A DNA stretch of 64,000 nucleotides, from the NCBI GenBank assembly GCA_050953065.1, contig JBMNLZ010000001.1, forward strand, positions 256,001 through 320,000, written 5' to 3'. The notes below the pieces were generated by a model. That model was not told the origin of the DNA. It made no database searches and saw only the letters and a program-made list of their open reading frames with translations. Below are positions 8,944 through 20,044 of this stretch, piece by piece. How positions within the stretch are numbered: the stretch's first letter is position 1; each line of letters opens with the position of its first letter. The stretch comes from Bacilli bacterium (lineage in GTDB: Bacteria; Bacillota_I; Bacilli_A; ML615J-28; CAG-698). The position numbers were made by a program, and so were the translations under genes.

Positions 8944-11900
8944 TTACGGTGCACTAGTTACTGCAATATAAGCTTCTCTTAGAGCATCAGTAATATCTCT
9001 GAAATCTGTAGTATCTGTAACTGTAAATACAGTTGGATCAGAAACATATGGATCAATTGATGGAATTCCTAACAACACTTCAACGCTATCTACTGTAGAA
9101 TCAACTATCTTCTGCATTGTAGGTTTCAAAGTTCCTGTATCAGCCATAGCATTAAATACATCCCCCAATTGATTTGTTTGTTCCACGCTCGACCAATCTA
9201 TTCCAGATAAACTATGCGAAGAACCACCAAGCGTTCTTAATTCACCAATTATTAAAATTAAATCAGCTATTTCTGCATCCCATGCATCATGGATTTGTTC
9301 TTTAGTTGCAGTAAGAGGGTCTGTAATACCACTTTGTATTAATAAAACATTAGCCTCATCACCAAGATCATTAATTTCAAAGTTTGGTCCAAAGAAAGTA
9401 TTCAAGCTAGAAAGCATTGCATATCTAATTTGATTAATATCTAACAAGAACGAATCATTGATATTATATAAAATACCTTCTAAAACATTAAGTGGAACTG
9501 TATCATCTAATGGATCAATTGGTGAAGTAATACTTACTCCATTAGTATTAGCAGTATATAACAAGTTAGTAATTAAATCGATTTCATCTTTCCAATCTGC
9601 ATCTGTTGCATCATCAGCACTTTCTGGAGACATCCATGAAGGTTCACCAGGAGGTAGGCTCTCATCAAACTTTTCTTTAATTGAAGTTTGTAAGATTGGT
9701 CTTAAAACAGTTGATTTATTTAAATTATGTAATAAGTTTGCTAAATTATCTCGTTCTTCTAAAGTAACAATGTTTTCAAAACCTGTATAAGTATCCAAAT
9801 CTGATGCATCAGACATTGCCTTCAATAATAAATATAATTCAGTATATTCATTTAAGCTAACTTCAGGGTATAGATTTAAAACAGTATAAACTGGCATTTC
9901 TCCCCATTCTATAGGATTTTCTGCATCATTTATTCTAGTTATAGCCTTATCATATCTAGTATCACCAGTATCAGTTAATACTTTAGTTATCATTTTTTCC
10001 AATGAATTTTCCAATACATTAGAATGTAATAAACCTTCTTCAACGCCATCAATATTAGCATTTTTTAATGTATCAAATGTAATATTATCATGATCTACTC
10101 CAGCATCTTGTAATAATTTAAGAGCTTCTAAGAAAGGTAATAACTCTCCTTCTACTAAAACACCTGAAACATATTCTCTATACCAATCTTCGTGAGCAGG
10201 TGCTACAATATAATGTTCCATAGGTCCACCTGCACCAACTTCACCTTCAACTTGATAAACTATAGAATTTTCAACGATTCTTGAATCTACCAACACATTA
10301 AAGTTTTTGCCTAAAATTACTGCCATTTGATTACCTAAGAATAGGTTGATAGCATCTTCAATGCTTCCCTCTCCTATTAACTCATCAAAACCACTAATAA
10401 CTTTACTTGCTTCACCTTCATATGATAAAACATAATCTTCATCATATTCGTTATACCAATCCTCAACTTCAATATAATTACCACCATTATATAAATCATC
10501 AGGAATTCTTAAAAGAGGATTAGCTAAAGATTGAGCAACTAACTCTTCTACGATTGACTCAGAAATAATTCTAGACATCAATAAAGTAGTTTTATTGTCT
10601 TGAAGATTACTAACTCCAGAAATAGAAACTTCTGAAAGTTTACGATTAGGAGTATCGTCTAACATTTTATTTATAGCTTTTATCAAAAATCTTAATTCTC
10701 TACCACCATCAGGTCTCCAAATTGGATCATTGATATCATACCTAATATTCAAATATTCATGAGTTTCTCCAGCAATTATAATTCTATTAACAATTGACAA
10801 AAACATTACTTCTGAAGCTTCCAAAGTATCAATTTCTTCATCATTATAATTAAGAACTCTATCGGCAACAGCCTCACCATTACCTTCGATTCCACTAATT
10901 GTACCTTCAGATACCAAAATTATTGCTTTAAGTAATCTCTTTAACTCGGCATTCCAGATAGGATCTGTTTCTTCAAAAGGAATATATAATACATTATTAG
11001 GAGCTTCTTCTGTATATCTATATTCATAAAGTCTATTGATTATAGTTGCAGAGATTATTGCTGAAGCAACTAATTGATCAAGTTGTTCATCTGTTAAAGC
11101 TAAAACATTATCTATAATTTCTGCAGGAGTTGGCGCAGCAATTCCTCCAGTAATTAGAGCAACTGACATTAATAATTTTCTTAATTCACCATCTCTTGAA
11201 GTATCGTTCAAATCTACTCCATCAGGAATTACAATTATTGCTCCAGCTCCTTCGGCGTGCTTAGCAACTTGATAAACTATTGTATCACTTAAAATAATAG
11301 ATTCAAAAATAATATCTAAATCATCATCAGTAAGATCACTTACTAAATTTATTGAACCAAGCCGATCATGCATCTCGTCAAAAGTTGACACATCCCCCAT
11401 TAATATTCCTAACCCTCCAAAGAATCTTGATAATTCCCCAGGATTATCATCATCAATATATTTCCAATCATCATCAGAAACATTTGAAACAACAATTATA
11501 TCATAAAGAGGTCCACCTGGCTCTGCTGCATCCTTTACAAAATTAACCAAAGTATTTCTAAATACCGTTGATTTAATACATTGTATTAATTCAGTATTAG
11601 ATAATGACATGAAAACACTCTCAATATCAGGATATGTTTCAAATCTAACTTGTATTAATCTAACGGCTTTGAAGAAATCTTCGATTTCTGCTTGAGTCCA
11701 TTCATCTTCTTCCAGCAATGCAAGTGGTGTTGCTGATGAAATATCAACAGCTACCATTTGAATTAATTTATTTAAAAGCGATTTATAAACATCTGATCTA
11801 ATCATATAGAAAGCAAGATCTTTAATTTGCTCATCTGTAGCATCAATTAACATGAAGTTTGAACCTATCAAGTCCATTTCAACACTAATCCTACTTGCAT

Positions 11901-13971
11901 ATAATGTAGATCTTATATTTTCTTCGCTCCAATCATAGACTTTCTCATCGGCATATGCTGATGTTAAATCTGGAAACATGTTCTTTAACATCGCCTTAAA
12001 TAAATTATTAATATTAGAAGTCATGTTAACAATTTGACTTTCTTCATTATATACAGGTACTAAATCTCCTGTTAATAATTGCGATTGTGAAATATAATAA
12101 CTCATCTTATCTAAATCTGCATGTTGTAAAAGTGGACCATAAATTTGATCAATATTAAACTGTTCCTTAGGTAACCCCAACAAATCAGTAGCTCTCGCAG
12201 ATTCATAAGCTAAATACAACAATGATGTAAATTCCCTAACAGCAGTTTCATTATCAGTCCAGTCGATTTGTTCCATAGATTCAATATAGAAAAACGACCT
12301 GTATGCTTCAGGCATTTGTTCTTGATATACATTAACAACAACTGAAGTCATCGCTTTCTTAAGTAAAGTTGAATTTACTAACGACTGAGCTAAGTTTCTT
12401 ATATCTTCTTCTAATACTTTTTCATAATCAATATTAATACCAATAGAATGTCCATTTGTCATGGAACTTGAAAAACTTAAAATTGTTTGTGCATCTAAAA
12501 CAGCATAAGGACTTATATTTTGTAATGCTTCATGAACAATACCGATATTTCTAATCTCATCTTGCCAGTTAGCCTCCTCTAAATCCGCCGCATTAATTCC
12601 AAACTTAGATACTATTTCACTAAATTTCGGTTGTTCTAGAAAATATCTAATTACCAAAGGTGCTATAACTGCAACTGTATCAATTCCACCAATATTGTTG
12701 AAGAAATTTTTAACTGTTTCTGGATCTAAATTGAAATAATTTGCATTAATATTTCCATTCTCATCAGTTTCTAACAAACTCAAAACATCAGCAAAGGCAT
12801 ATCCCATTTTTTTAATATCATAAACGCCATCAATTGAAGCAATCTCACTAGCTGCAGCTGCATCTATATTAAATTGTTCTTTTATACTTGCAATTTGTGG
12901 CAATTCATCGCCATATAACACTAAATCTATTCCTATTGGAATTAAGACATTGATCAATTTTAATGATGTTAAATCATCAATTACTCCTTTAATTACTTCA
13001 TCTTCAAGGGCTAAAGCCTTTGATGTGGTTACACCATTTTCAAAAAAGCCTATTTCATTTAGTCTCTTATATGCTTTAGCAACCGTTGCAATCTCTTTTG
13101 TTAACCTAATTCCTTCTTCATCAACAGCTATATTAAAAACTTCATCAAATAAATATTCATCTATACTAACACCGTTTGCTGAAAAAATACCATTTATTTG
13201 GCCAGGAACAGAATTTTTATAAATTTGAGTTAATTCAAGTATTTTATTTAAATCTGGAAAAGAATCCAAAGGATTATTCATCAAAATTTTAGAATCAACA
13301 CCATCTACAACAATTAAGGAATCATCAATAACTACAGCATGATATTGACTAGTTGGAGATGCCTCTACGTTTGACACTGCACTAGCTATAGATGAACCAA
13401 TTGAAGCAATACCTGCTAATGGAAAACTTATTAACAAGAATAAAAGTGCACCTTTTACAGCACCAACCCCTAAACCACCAAGTCTTGAATAAATTGATTT
13501 TTTTCTTCTTTTTCCATCTTTTTTTCTTGGTCTGATAAAAAGCCAAATTATAAAAGCAGGGATTCCACCAATAAAAGAAAATGCAATAAATACAATTACT
13601 ATATATAAAATTATTCTTGCTATAAGCCCAACAATTCCATTAAAGAAAGCAGCAAAATCTGCACTTTGTTCCATCATATTATTAAATGCTGGAAACATAT
13701 TATTTAATATTTGTTTAAGTGTCTCATCTAAAGTTGTCAGAGTAACACCATTAAAATTTGCATTAAAAGAACTAAAATCATAGCCTAAAATAAATTTAGT
13801 TAAAGCTGGTATCATTAACCATCCGCCTATAAAAAGTACTAAGCTAATGGCAAGGAAAAAAACAGATTTAAAAGTTCCTCTTATAAATCCAATTAATGCA
13901 AACAGCACAACTAAACCAGCAAATGCAAGATTTAAAAACAAAGTTATTTGATTAACATCAATACCAGACAT
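8944..13971 (-). CDS. Large membrane-anchored acidic repeat protein with CvpA-like N-terminus
   Basis: N-terminal TMs with 'LIGFIRGTFKSVF' and 'SRLGGLGVGAVKG' (CvpA-like), followed by about 1450 aa of D/E-rich degenerate helical repeats. Confidence 0.7.
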   Translation of the reverse strand: MSGIDVNQITLFLNLAFAGLVVLFALIGFIRGTFKSVFFLAISLVLFIGGWLMIPALTKFILGYDFSSFNANFNGVTLTTLDETLKQILNNMFPAFNNMMEQSADFAAFFNGIVGLIARIILYIVIVFIAFSFIGGIPAFIIWLFIRPRKKDGKRRKKSIYSRLGGLGVGAVKGALLFLLISFPLAGIASIGSSIASAVSNVEASPTSQYHAVVIDDSLIVVDGVDSKILMNNPLDSFPDLNKILELTQIYKNSVPGQINGIFSANGVSIDEYLFDEVFNIAVDEEGIRLTKEIATVAKAYKRLNEIGFFENGVTTSKALALEDEVIKGVIDDLTSLKLINVLIPIGIDLVLYGDELPQIASIKEQFNIDAAAASEIASIDGVYDIKKMGYAFADVLSLLETDENGNINANYFNLDPETVKNFFNNIGGIDTVAVIAPLVIRYFLEQPKFSEIVSKFGINAADLEEANWQDEIRNIGIVHEALQNISPYAVLDAQTILSFSSSMTNGHSIGINIDYEKVLEEDIRNLAQSLVNSTLLKKAMTSVVVNVYQEQMPEAYRSFFYIESMEQIDWTDNETAVREFTSLLYLAYESARATDLLGLPKEQFNIDQIYGPLLQHADLDKMSYYISQSQLLTGDLVPVYNEESQIVNMTSNINNLFKAMLKNMFPDLTSAYADEKVYDWSEENIRSTLYASRISVEMDLIGSNFMLIDATDEQIKDLAFYMIRSDVYKSLLNKLIQMVAVDISSATPLALLEEDEWTQAEIEDFFKAVRLIQVRFETYPDIESVFMSLSNTELIQCIKSTVFRNTLVNFVKDAAEPGGPLYDIIVVSNVSDDDWKYIDDDNPGELSRFFGGLGILMGDVSTFDEMHDRLGSINLVSDLTDDDLDIIFESIILSDTIVYQVAKHAEGAGAIIVIPDGVDLNDTSRDGELRKLLMSVALITGGIAAPTPAEIIDNVLALTDEQLDQLVASAIISATIINRLYEYRYTEEAPNNVLYIPFEETDPIWNAELKRLLKAIILVSEGTISGIEGNGEAVADRVLNYNDEEIDTLEASEVMFLSIVNRIIIAGETHEYLNIRYDINDPIWRPDGGRELRFLIKAINKMLDDTPNRKLSEVSISGVSNLQDNKTTLLMSRIISESIVEELVAQSLANPLLRIPDDLYNGGNYIEVEDWYNEYDEDYVLSYEGEASKVISGFDELIGEGSIEDAINLFLGNQMAVILGKNFNVLVDSRIVENSIVYQVEGEVGAGGPMEHYIVAPAHEDWYREYVSGVLVEGELLPFLEALKLLQDAGVDHDNITFDTLKNANIDGVEEGLLHSNVLENSLEKMITKVLTDTGDTRYDKAITRINDAENPIEWGEMPVYTVLNLYPEVSLNEYTELYLLLKAMSDASDLDTYTGFENIVTLEERDNLANLLHNLNKSTVLRPILQTSIKEKFDESLPPGEPSWMSPESADDATDADWKDEIDLITNLLYTANTNGVSITSPIDPLDDTVPLNVLEGILYNINDSFLLDINQIRYAMLSSLNTFFGPNFEINDLGDEANVLLIQSGITDPLTATKEQIHDAWDAEIADLILIIGELRTLGGSSHSLSGIDWSSVEQTNQLGDVFNAMADTGTLKPTMQKIVDSTVDSVEVLLGIPSIDPYVSDPTVFTVTDTTDFRDITDALREAYIAVTSAP

Positions 13972-14122
13972 ATTAGTTACCTCACTTAATATTCTTCAAT
14001 TAATTATATCAAAAATGTATAGTTTTGTAAATAAGTTTAATCTTAGGTTAACCTTCATTTAAAAAAACTATTTTTATTACTTTTTTAAAAAAAATATGGT
14101 AGAATTACTCGTGGTGATTTTT

Positions 14123-15892
14123 ATGTTTAAAGCAATTTCAATTAATGATTATAAAAAAATTAAGTCTTTCCTAAACCTTGAATTTAACTCAAAGTATATT
14201 GCCAGCGAGTTGCAATTTCAAAATATTTTTGCATGGAAAGAAGTTGATAATCTCCTAATACATTTTAGTGATAATTATGCTGTTTTGAAAGGGAAAAACA
14301 ATCTTGATTTTTTCTTCCCGCCACTTGCTGAATGTGAAAAATCGTTTTTAGAAGGCTTAAATTTTATCGAAAACTACTGTTCGACTAATTCTATACCAGT
14401 CTTATTCCACTCAATCCCTGAAATATATTTACATCTATTTGAAAAGTATAAACTTTTTTCTCAAAGAAATTTTTTTGAATACATACATTATACAAAAGAC
14501 TTAATTGAACTTAAAGGAAAGAGATATCATGCAAAAAGAAACCACATAGCACAATTTCTTAAAAATTATTCTTATGAATTTCTACCTTATAAAGAAGATT
14601 TTAGAAAAGATATTGAAAACTTAATTGATTTTTGGAATAAAAAGCACGAAGATAACCATGAAAAAGAAGCAATTTTTAATATACTAGATAATTTAGAAGC
14701 ACTAGAATGTTATTGTGATTGCATTTTTATAGATAATTATTTGTGCGGTTTTGCCATTGGTTTTATTTCTAACAATGTAGGCATCATTCTTTTTGAAAAA
14801 GCCAATACAACTTGTACTGGAATCTATAGTTTCTTAGAAAACTTATTTATCAAAAAGAATTTTTCTAATACACTTTATATAAATAGACAAGAAGATATGG
14901 GGATTGCAAGCTTAAGAAAATCAAAGTTGTCTCTTCATCCTGAATTTTTAGAAAAAAAATATTTAGCAGTTCAACCGTTAAAAGAACAACTTTATAATTT
15001 ATATTCACTTGGTTTTCCAGAAGATAGCCTTTCATATAAAAAATTCTTTTTTGAAGCTAAAATCAAAAACCTTAAATATAAGTTGTTAAAAAAGAAAAAC
15101 ATCGTTCTTTCCATGTTTTTCTTCAAAGAACAAACACTTTCAATTTTAAATACTGATTTTAAAACTAAATTTATTTCAACCCTAACAACCCATCCAATTT
15201 ATCAAAAAAAACATTTAGCTACAAAATTAATTTGCTCAAGTTTAAATCTTTTTTCAAAGAATACAGACTTTGTTGTATTGCATCCTACTAACGAAGACTT
15301 TTACAAAAAGTTTGGTTTTATTACTTATTCAAAAAAATCTTCTATTAATTTTAATTCTTTTGAAAGATTTGAAACAAATAATGTAAATGAATTGAAAGAA
15401 TTTTATGATTTAACCTTAAAAAACTTTGATGTTTATACAAAAAGATCCGAAAAAGATTTTAAATTTTGGTATTTGGAGATTTTATCTGATCAAGGTAAGG
15501 TTTATAAGTTAAAATCCAATAACAAGAGTTTAGGATATGCAGTTTGCTTTGATAATCAAATTGAAGAATTTTGTTTAACAATTCAAGAAAATTCAACTTT
15601 TTCAAATATGATTAGAATATGCAACGTTATCTCAATCTTACAAAATTATCCATATAAAAATGATTTTAGTTTTTCTTTAAAAATTAATGATAAAATTATT
15701 CATAAAAATAATATAACAATAAAAATTTCTCATGAAAATGGTTTAACAAATATTTCAAAATCTATTTTCTACGACTTTGAAGTATCTATAGAAACTCTCA
15801 CTGAATTACTTATATTAGGAAAAACATCTAACAATATCCCAATATCAAAATATTTCCAAACACTTAAAACAATTAGCCTAGATAAATATTAA
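14123..15892 (+). CDS. Fusion of DUF2156 (aaPG-synthase C-terminal-like) and GNAT/Eis-like acetyltransferase
   Basis: LKGKRYHAKRNHI, FEKAN, YINRQEDMGIASLRKSKLSLHP (DUF2156); THPIYQKKHLATKLI and FYKKFGF (GNAT). Start moved to the ATG at 14123 after GGTGA. Confidence 0.8.
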   Translation: MFKAISINDYKKIKSFLNLEFNSKYIASELQFQNIFAWKEVDNLLIHFSDNYAVLKGKNNLDFFFPPLAECEKSFLEGLNFIENYCSTNSIPVLFHSIPEIYLHLFEKYKLFSQRNFFEYIHYTKDLIELKGKRYHAKRNHIAQFLKNYSYEFLPYKEDFRKDIENLIDFWNKKHEDNHEKEAIFNILDNLEALECYCDCIFIDNYLCGFAIGFISNNVGIILFEKANTTCTGIYSFLENLFIKKNFSNTLYINRQEDMGIASLRKSKLSLHPEFLEKKYLAVQPLKEQLYNLYSLGFPEDSLSYKKFFFEAKIKNLKYKLLKKKNIVLSMFFFKEQTLSILNTDFKTKFISTLTTHPIYQKKHLATKLICSSLNLFSKNTDFVVLHPTNEDFYKKFGFITYSKKSSINFNSFERFETNNVNELKEFYDLTLKNFDVYTKRSEKDFKFWYLEILSDQGKVYKLKSNNKSLGYAVCFDNQIEEFCLTIQENSTFSNMIRICNVISILQNYPYKNDFSFSLKINDKIIHKNNITIKISHENGLTNISKSIFYDFEVSIETLTELLILGKTSNNIPISKYFQTLKTISLDKY

Positions 15893-15920
15893 AACCTTAA
15901 CTTTCGTTAAGGTTTATTTT
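15892..15920. terminator. Terminator between convergent genes
   Basis: aaaccttaa-ctttcg-ttaaggttt followed by a T-run. Confidence 0.75.
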
Positions 15921-16676
15921 TTAATCTTCATCTAATAAACTAATTTTTTCTTTTTTTGCCTTCTTCTTCTTTTTCTTCTTAGAATCTCCAAACAAATCTA
16001 ATTCTTCATCCAATTCAGTTATATCTATTTTTTTTGAACCAGAAAACTGTTGAGCATTCAATATATCTGTACCTAAATTTAAAACTAATTGTTTTAATTT
16101 TTTATCTGGGTTTACATAAATTTGGGAAATTACATCTTTGGATTTTTTATCTTTTGTAGAAAACTTTAAAAATTCATTACTTTGACTTTTAGAAAGTATT
16201 TCTAGATAAAAAACATTGCTCTTGATTAATGAGATTAATACCCCTAATAAAAATATACCTCCACCAGCTCCCATAATTAAATATGAATATTGAAGTGTAT
16301 TAATAGTATTCAAAATTGTAATTCGAGATAATATTGATATTTGACTAATTAGTTGAGTCAAAATTCCTGCATAAATTATAGCACCAAAGACAGCTACTAT
16401 AAAACCAATCAATATAAAAACTGCTCCGAAAGCTTTAGCAACTTTATTTCTAGTTTTATTATACCCCGCCTTGATTCCACCATTAACGTCTTTTAAAGAT
16501 GATTCAATAGTAATCGCACCTCTTTGGCCACGTACATTCCCAGAAAATATTAATCTTTGACTTGTTAAAATAAAGTTACCTTTACCAGCAGGATTTCTTA
16601 AATGCATATCATCATATACTTTATATACTTCTTCATTTACTCCAAGATGGAAATTCTTTAGAATTTTTTTGTTCAT
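15921..16676 (-). CDS. Hypothetical membrane protein (PH-like domain interrupted by two TM helices)
   Basis: 'GNFILTSQRLIF' motif typical of bacterial PH/GRAM-like domains; 2 TMs; Lys-rich tail. Confidence 0.55.
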   Translation of the reverse strand: MNKKILKNFHLGVNEEVYKVYDDMHLRNPAGKGNFILTSQRLIFSGNVRGQRGAITIESSLKDVNGGIKAGYNKTRNKVAKAFGAVFILIGFIVAVFGAIIYAGILTQLISQISILSRITILNTINTLQYSYLIMGAGGGIFLLGVLISLIKSNVFYLEILSKSQSNEFLKFSTKDKKSKDVISQIYVNPDKKLKQLVLNLGTDILNAQQFSGSKKIDITELDEELDLFGDSKKKKKKKAKKEKISLLDED

Positions 16677-16768
16677 TTATAAAAACCCCTTTCATTATCT
16701 ATCTCTTATGATAACACACAGTTTTTATTTAAGCAATATTTTTTTGCTTAATTAAAATTGAATTAAGA

Positions 16769-18070
16769 CTAATCTATTATTTTTATAATAATATCTTCAG
16801 TTTTTATCGGCGTAGTGCTATACGAAAAAGAATTTTTAATCATTTTTTTAACAGTATCTAAATTCTTACCATTATGATAGATTTTAGCTATTACTTTATC
16901 TTTCTTTACAAAATCCCCAGCATCAACTAACAATTCTACCCCTACACTTAAATCAATTTGATCTTCTTTTTTAAGTCTTCCTGCTCCTAGAAACATGCTA
17001 GCTTTTCCTATCTCTAACGCATTTAAATTAGATATATAAGCATCTTTGGGACAAATTATTTCTTCAATATAACTTGCTTTTTTAAATAGATTATAATTAT
17101 GTACTACCTTTGAATCACCTTTTTGAAATTCAATCATTTTTTCAAACTTATTTAGTGCAGTTTTATTTGTTATAGCATCTTTAATTAACATAATTGCACT
17201 TTCTTTATCTTTAGAAGTTTTAGTCATTAAGAGAATTTGTGTGCAAATAGTCTCACATAAATGCATAAATCTAGTGTTACCATTTCCCTTTAATGTATTA
17301 ATTGCTTCAAGTACTTCTAAACTATTACCAACACAACTTCCTAACGGAAGATTCATATCAGTAAGAACACAAACTACTTGCCGATTGTATCTTTTACCTA
17401 TAGCCACCATTGCTTTAGCTAACTTTTCTGCTTGTTCAACTGTTTTCATAAAGGCACCAATGCCTACCTTTATATCCAACAGAATATAGGGAGCACCACT
17501 TGCTATTTTTTTTGACATTATTGAAGCTGCAATCAAACTGATTGAATCTATTGTTCCACTTACATCTCTTAATGCATAGAGTTTTTTATCAGCAGGAACT
17601 AAGTCACCAGTTTGGCCAATAATCGAAAGTCCTACAGTATTAACTTGGTTAATAAAATCATCCTGCGTAAGTTCAGTTGTAAAATTAGGTATTGATTCTA
17701 ATTTATCTATCGTACCACCCGTAAAACCTAATCCTCTACCACTCATTTTAGGAACTTTTAACCCACAAGCTGCTAAAATTGGACCTATAACTAGCGATGT
17801 CTTATCTCCAATTCCACCAGTTGAATGCTTATCAACACATATTCCTTTTATTTTAGATAAATCTATTGTATCCCCACTTTCAACCATAGCTTTGGTTAAA
17901 TAATATTCCTCGTCTTCATTCATGCCATTTATACAAATTGCCATTAAAAGGGCGCTTGCTTGATATTCAGTAATGTTCCCTAAAACATATTCATTAACAA
18001 AATAAGTAATTTCTTCTTTTGTTAAAGCGTATTTATCTTTCTTTTTGATAATGATATCGATTATATTCAT
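16769..18070 (-). CDS. pdp: Pyrimidine-nucleoside/thymidine phosphorylase
   Basis: DKHSTGGIGDK, SGRGLGFTGGTIDKLESIP, SIMSKKIA; start at ATG 18070 after GGAGG. Confidence 0.96.
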   Translation of the reverse strand: MNIIDIIIKKKDKYALTKEEITYFVNEYVLGNITEYQASALLMAICINGMNEDEEYYLTKAMVESGDTIDLSKIKGICVDKHSTGGIGDKTSLVIGPILAACGLKVPKMSGRGLGFTGGTIDKLESIPNFTTELTQDDFINQVNTVGLSIIGQTGDLVPADKKLYALRDVSGTIDSISLIAASIMSKKIASGAPYILLDIKVGIGAFMKTVEQAEKLAKAMVAIGKRYNRQVVCVLTDMNLPLGSCVGNSLEVLEAINTLKGNGNTRFMHLCETICTQILLMTKTSKDKESAIMLIKDAITNKTALNKFEKMIEFQKGDSKVVHNYNLFKKASYIEEIICPKDAYISNLNALEIGKASMFLGAGRLKKEDQIDLSVGVELLVDAGDFVKKDKVIAKIYHNGKNLDTVKKMIKNSFSYSTTPIKTEDIIIKIID

Positions 18071-18187
18071 ATTTCCCTCCACATTTATATTATACTATTC
18101 TTTTTAAAATCTTTAAAACCATTTTCATTTATTTTATCCTTGCTTTTTTCTATTTTGTATCTATAATTGATTTAGAGGTAGTATATT

Positions 18188-18736
18188 ATGAGAATTTGTT
18201 TTATTAGACACGGAGAAACTAATTGGAATAGTCAATCGTTAATTCAAGGTATAATTGATAACCCCTTAAATGACAATGGAATCAAACAAGCAGAAAATTT
18301 AGCCCTAGAACTTTTAAAAACGCAAATCAAATGGGATGTTGTTTTTTCAAGTCCTTTAGCAAGAGCTTTTGATACAGCAAAAATTGTTTCAAAAAAAATT
18401 AATTATCATTCTAATATCATAATTGATAATAATGTCATTGAAAGAGATTTTGGAAAAATCGAAGGTATGAAATTAAGTGAACAAGTTTACAATTTAATAA
18501 TCTCAGAAAAAGAACCATCTTTAGAAAAAGTTGTTTCACTAAAAGAAAGAGTTATGGACTTTATACAAAAGACTTATCAAAAATATCCAAACAAAAATAT
18601 TTTAGTATTTACACACTCTCATATTATTAAAACAATTAAAAACATCTTAAATCCAAATTATTCTTTCAGAAGTTCGCTTTCCAATTGCGCTATTCTTCAA
18701 ATAAAATATGATGGTTTAAAAATTAAAGAACTTTAG
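18188..18736 (+). CDS. Histidine phosphatase family protein
   Basis: RHGETNWN, SSPLARA, ERDFG, FTH motifs. Confidence 0.92.
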   Translation: MRICFIRHGETNWNSQSLIQGIIDNPLNDNGIKQAENLALELLKTQIKWDVVFSSPLARAFDTAKIVSKKINYHSNIIIDNNVIERDFGKIEGMKLSEQVYNLIISEKEPSLEKVVSLKERVMDFIQKTYQKYPNKNILVFTHSHIIKTIKNILNPNYSFRSSLSNCAILQIKYDGLKIKEL

Positions 18737-18748
18737 ATACAAAACAAA

Positions 18749-19570
18749 CTAGTTATTGCTAGTTTGTTTTTTTAAATACTCGTTTTTTTCTAACAACATA
18801 TCAGTGATTTTATCACTAATTTCATTTGTTGTTTTTTCCTTTAATTCCTCATTTGAAATTAAATCTATAATTTCAAAGTTTACTGTCGTACGCTTGAAAG
18901 GATATTTTTTTTTCACCAAATTTGTTCCAAACAAATGAGTTACTAAAATAGGCACTTCTGCCTTTTGGGGAATTTTGAATACACCACTTTTTAAAGGTAA
19001 AAGCTCGCCACTTCTACTTCTAGTTCCTTCAGGAAAAACGCCAATATTTTCTTTGTTTTTACATCTTTTAATTGCTTCAAGCATAATTTGGGTAGCTTGA
19101 CGATTATCTTTTCTATCCAAAACTAAAAAACCAGTTCTTTTTAACCACACCCCAACTATCGGTACTGACATTATTTCTTTTTTCATAATATATGCAATAT
19201 CATGATTTTTTAAAGCATATATATGAATAATAGGATCCAAATTAGATAAATGATTACTAACTAGAAAAAAATTCCCAGCCTTTGATAATTTATCTAAATT
19301 TTTAGAAATAACTTTAATTCTCAAAAGAAAAACTACAAAACTACATGCCTGATGAATACAGCCATAATAAAATTTTTTATGCTTTTCATTAACTAAAAGT
19401 AAAGATAGTATGATAAATAAAAACAATATAATAGCACAAGCGACAACTCCAGCCAACATACTCAAAGGAATTGTCCACCAAATAACATTATTATAATTAA
19501 CAAATTGATAATAAATCGTAAAAAAGCATGCACAAATCGGGATAAAAAACGTAAGAAATATAATTATCAT
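18749..19570 (-). CDS. plsC: 1-acyl-sn-glycerol-3-phosphate acyltransferase
   Basis: NHLSNLD (HxxxxD), FPEGTRS. Confidence 0.9.
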   Translation of the reverse strand: MIIIFLTFFIPICACFFTIYYQFVNYNNVIWWTIPLSMLAGVVACAIILFLFIILSLLLVNEKHKKFYYGCIHQACSFVVFLLRIKVISKNLDKLSKAGNFFLVSNHLSNLDPIIHIYALKNHDIAYIMKKEIMSVPIVGVWLKRTGFLVLDRKDNRQATQIMLEAIKRCKNKENIGVFPEGTRSRSGELLPLKSGVFKIPQKAEVPILVTHLFGTNLVKKKYPFKRTTVNFEIIDLISNEELKEKTTNEISDKITDMLLEKNEYLKKQTSNN

Positions 19571-19573
19571 TTT

Positions 19574-20044
19574 TTATTTCCTCTCATATATACAAAAAGC
19601 CAAATCTCCTACTTCTTTTTTAGATATTAATTTATAATTAGCAAAGTCTATCTCTGGGAAAAAAACATCCCCCTCATATTCTTTATTTATATGAGTTATA
19701 TAAAGTCTATCAGCATAAGGTAGAGCTAATTTATAAATTTGTAATCCACCAATCACAAATATTTCTTCCTCATGTTTTTGCTTAAGAAAAGAAATTAGAT
19801 CATTAGTTACCTTAACTCCTGGAAAATTAAAATCTTTATCTAAAGTTGCCACAATATTATCTCTATTAGGTAATGGCTTTTTTATTCTATCAAATATAGA
19901 ATAAAAAGTTTGTTCACCCATTAAAACTGTTTTGTTTAGAGTTGTTTGCTTGAAATAATTCAAATCTTCTGGATAATGCCACGGTAAATCATTTCCTTTT
20001 CCAATCAAATTATTTTTACCAATAGCAACTATAATTGAAATCAT
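19574..20044 (-). CDS. folA: Dihydrofolate reductase
   Basis: [27 protein letters not shown]. Confidence 0.96.
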   Translation of the reverse strand: MISIIVAIGKNNLIGKGNDLPWHYPEDLNYFKQTTLNKTVLMGEQTFYSIFDRIKKPLPNRDNIVATLDKDFNFPGVKVTNDLISFLKQKHEEEIFVIGGLQIYKLALPYADRLYITHINKEYEGDVFFPEIDFANYKLISKKEVGDLAFCIYERK

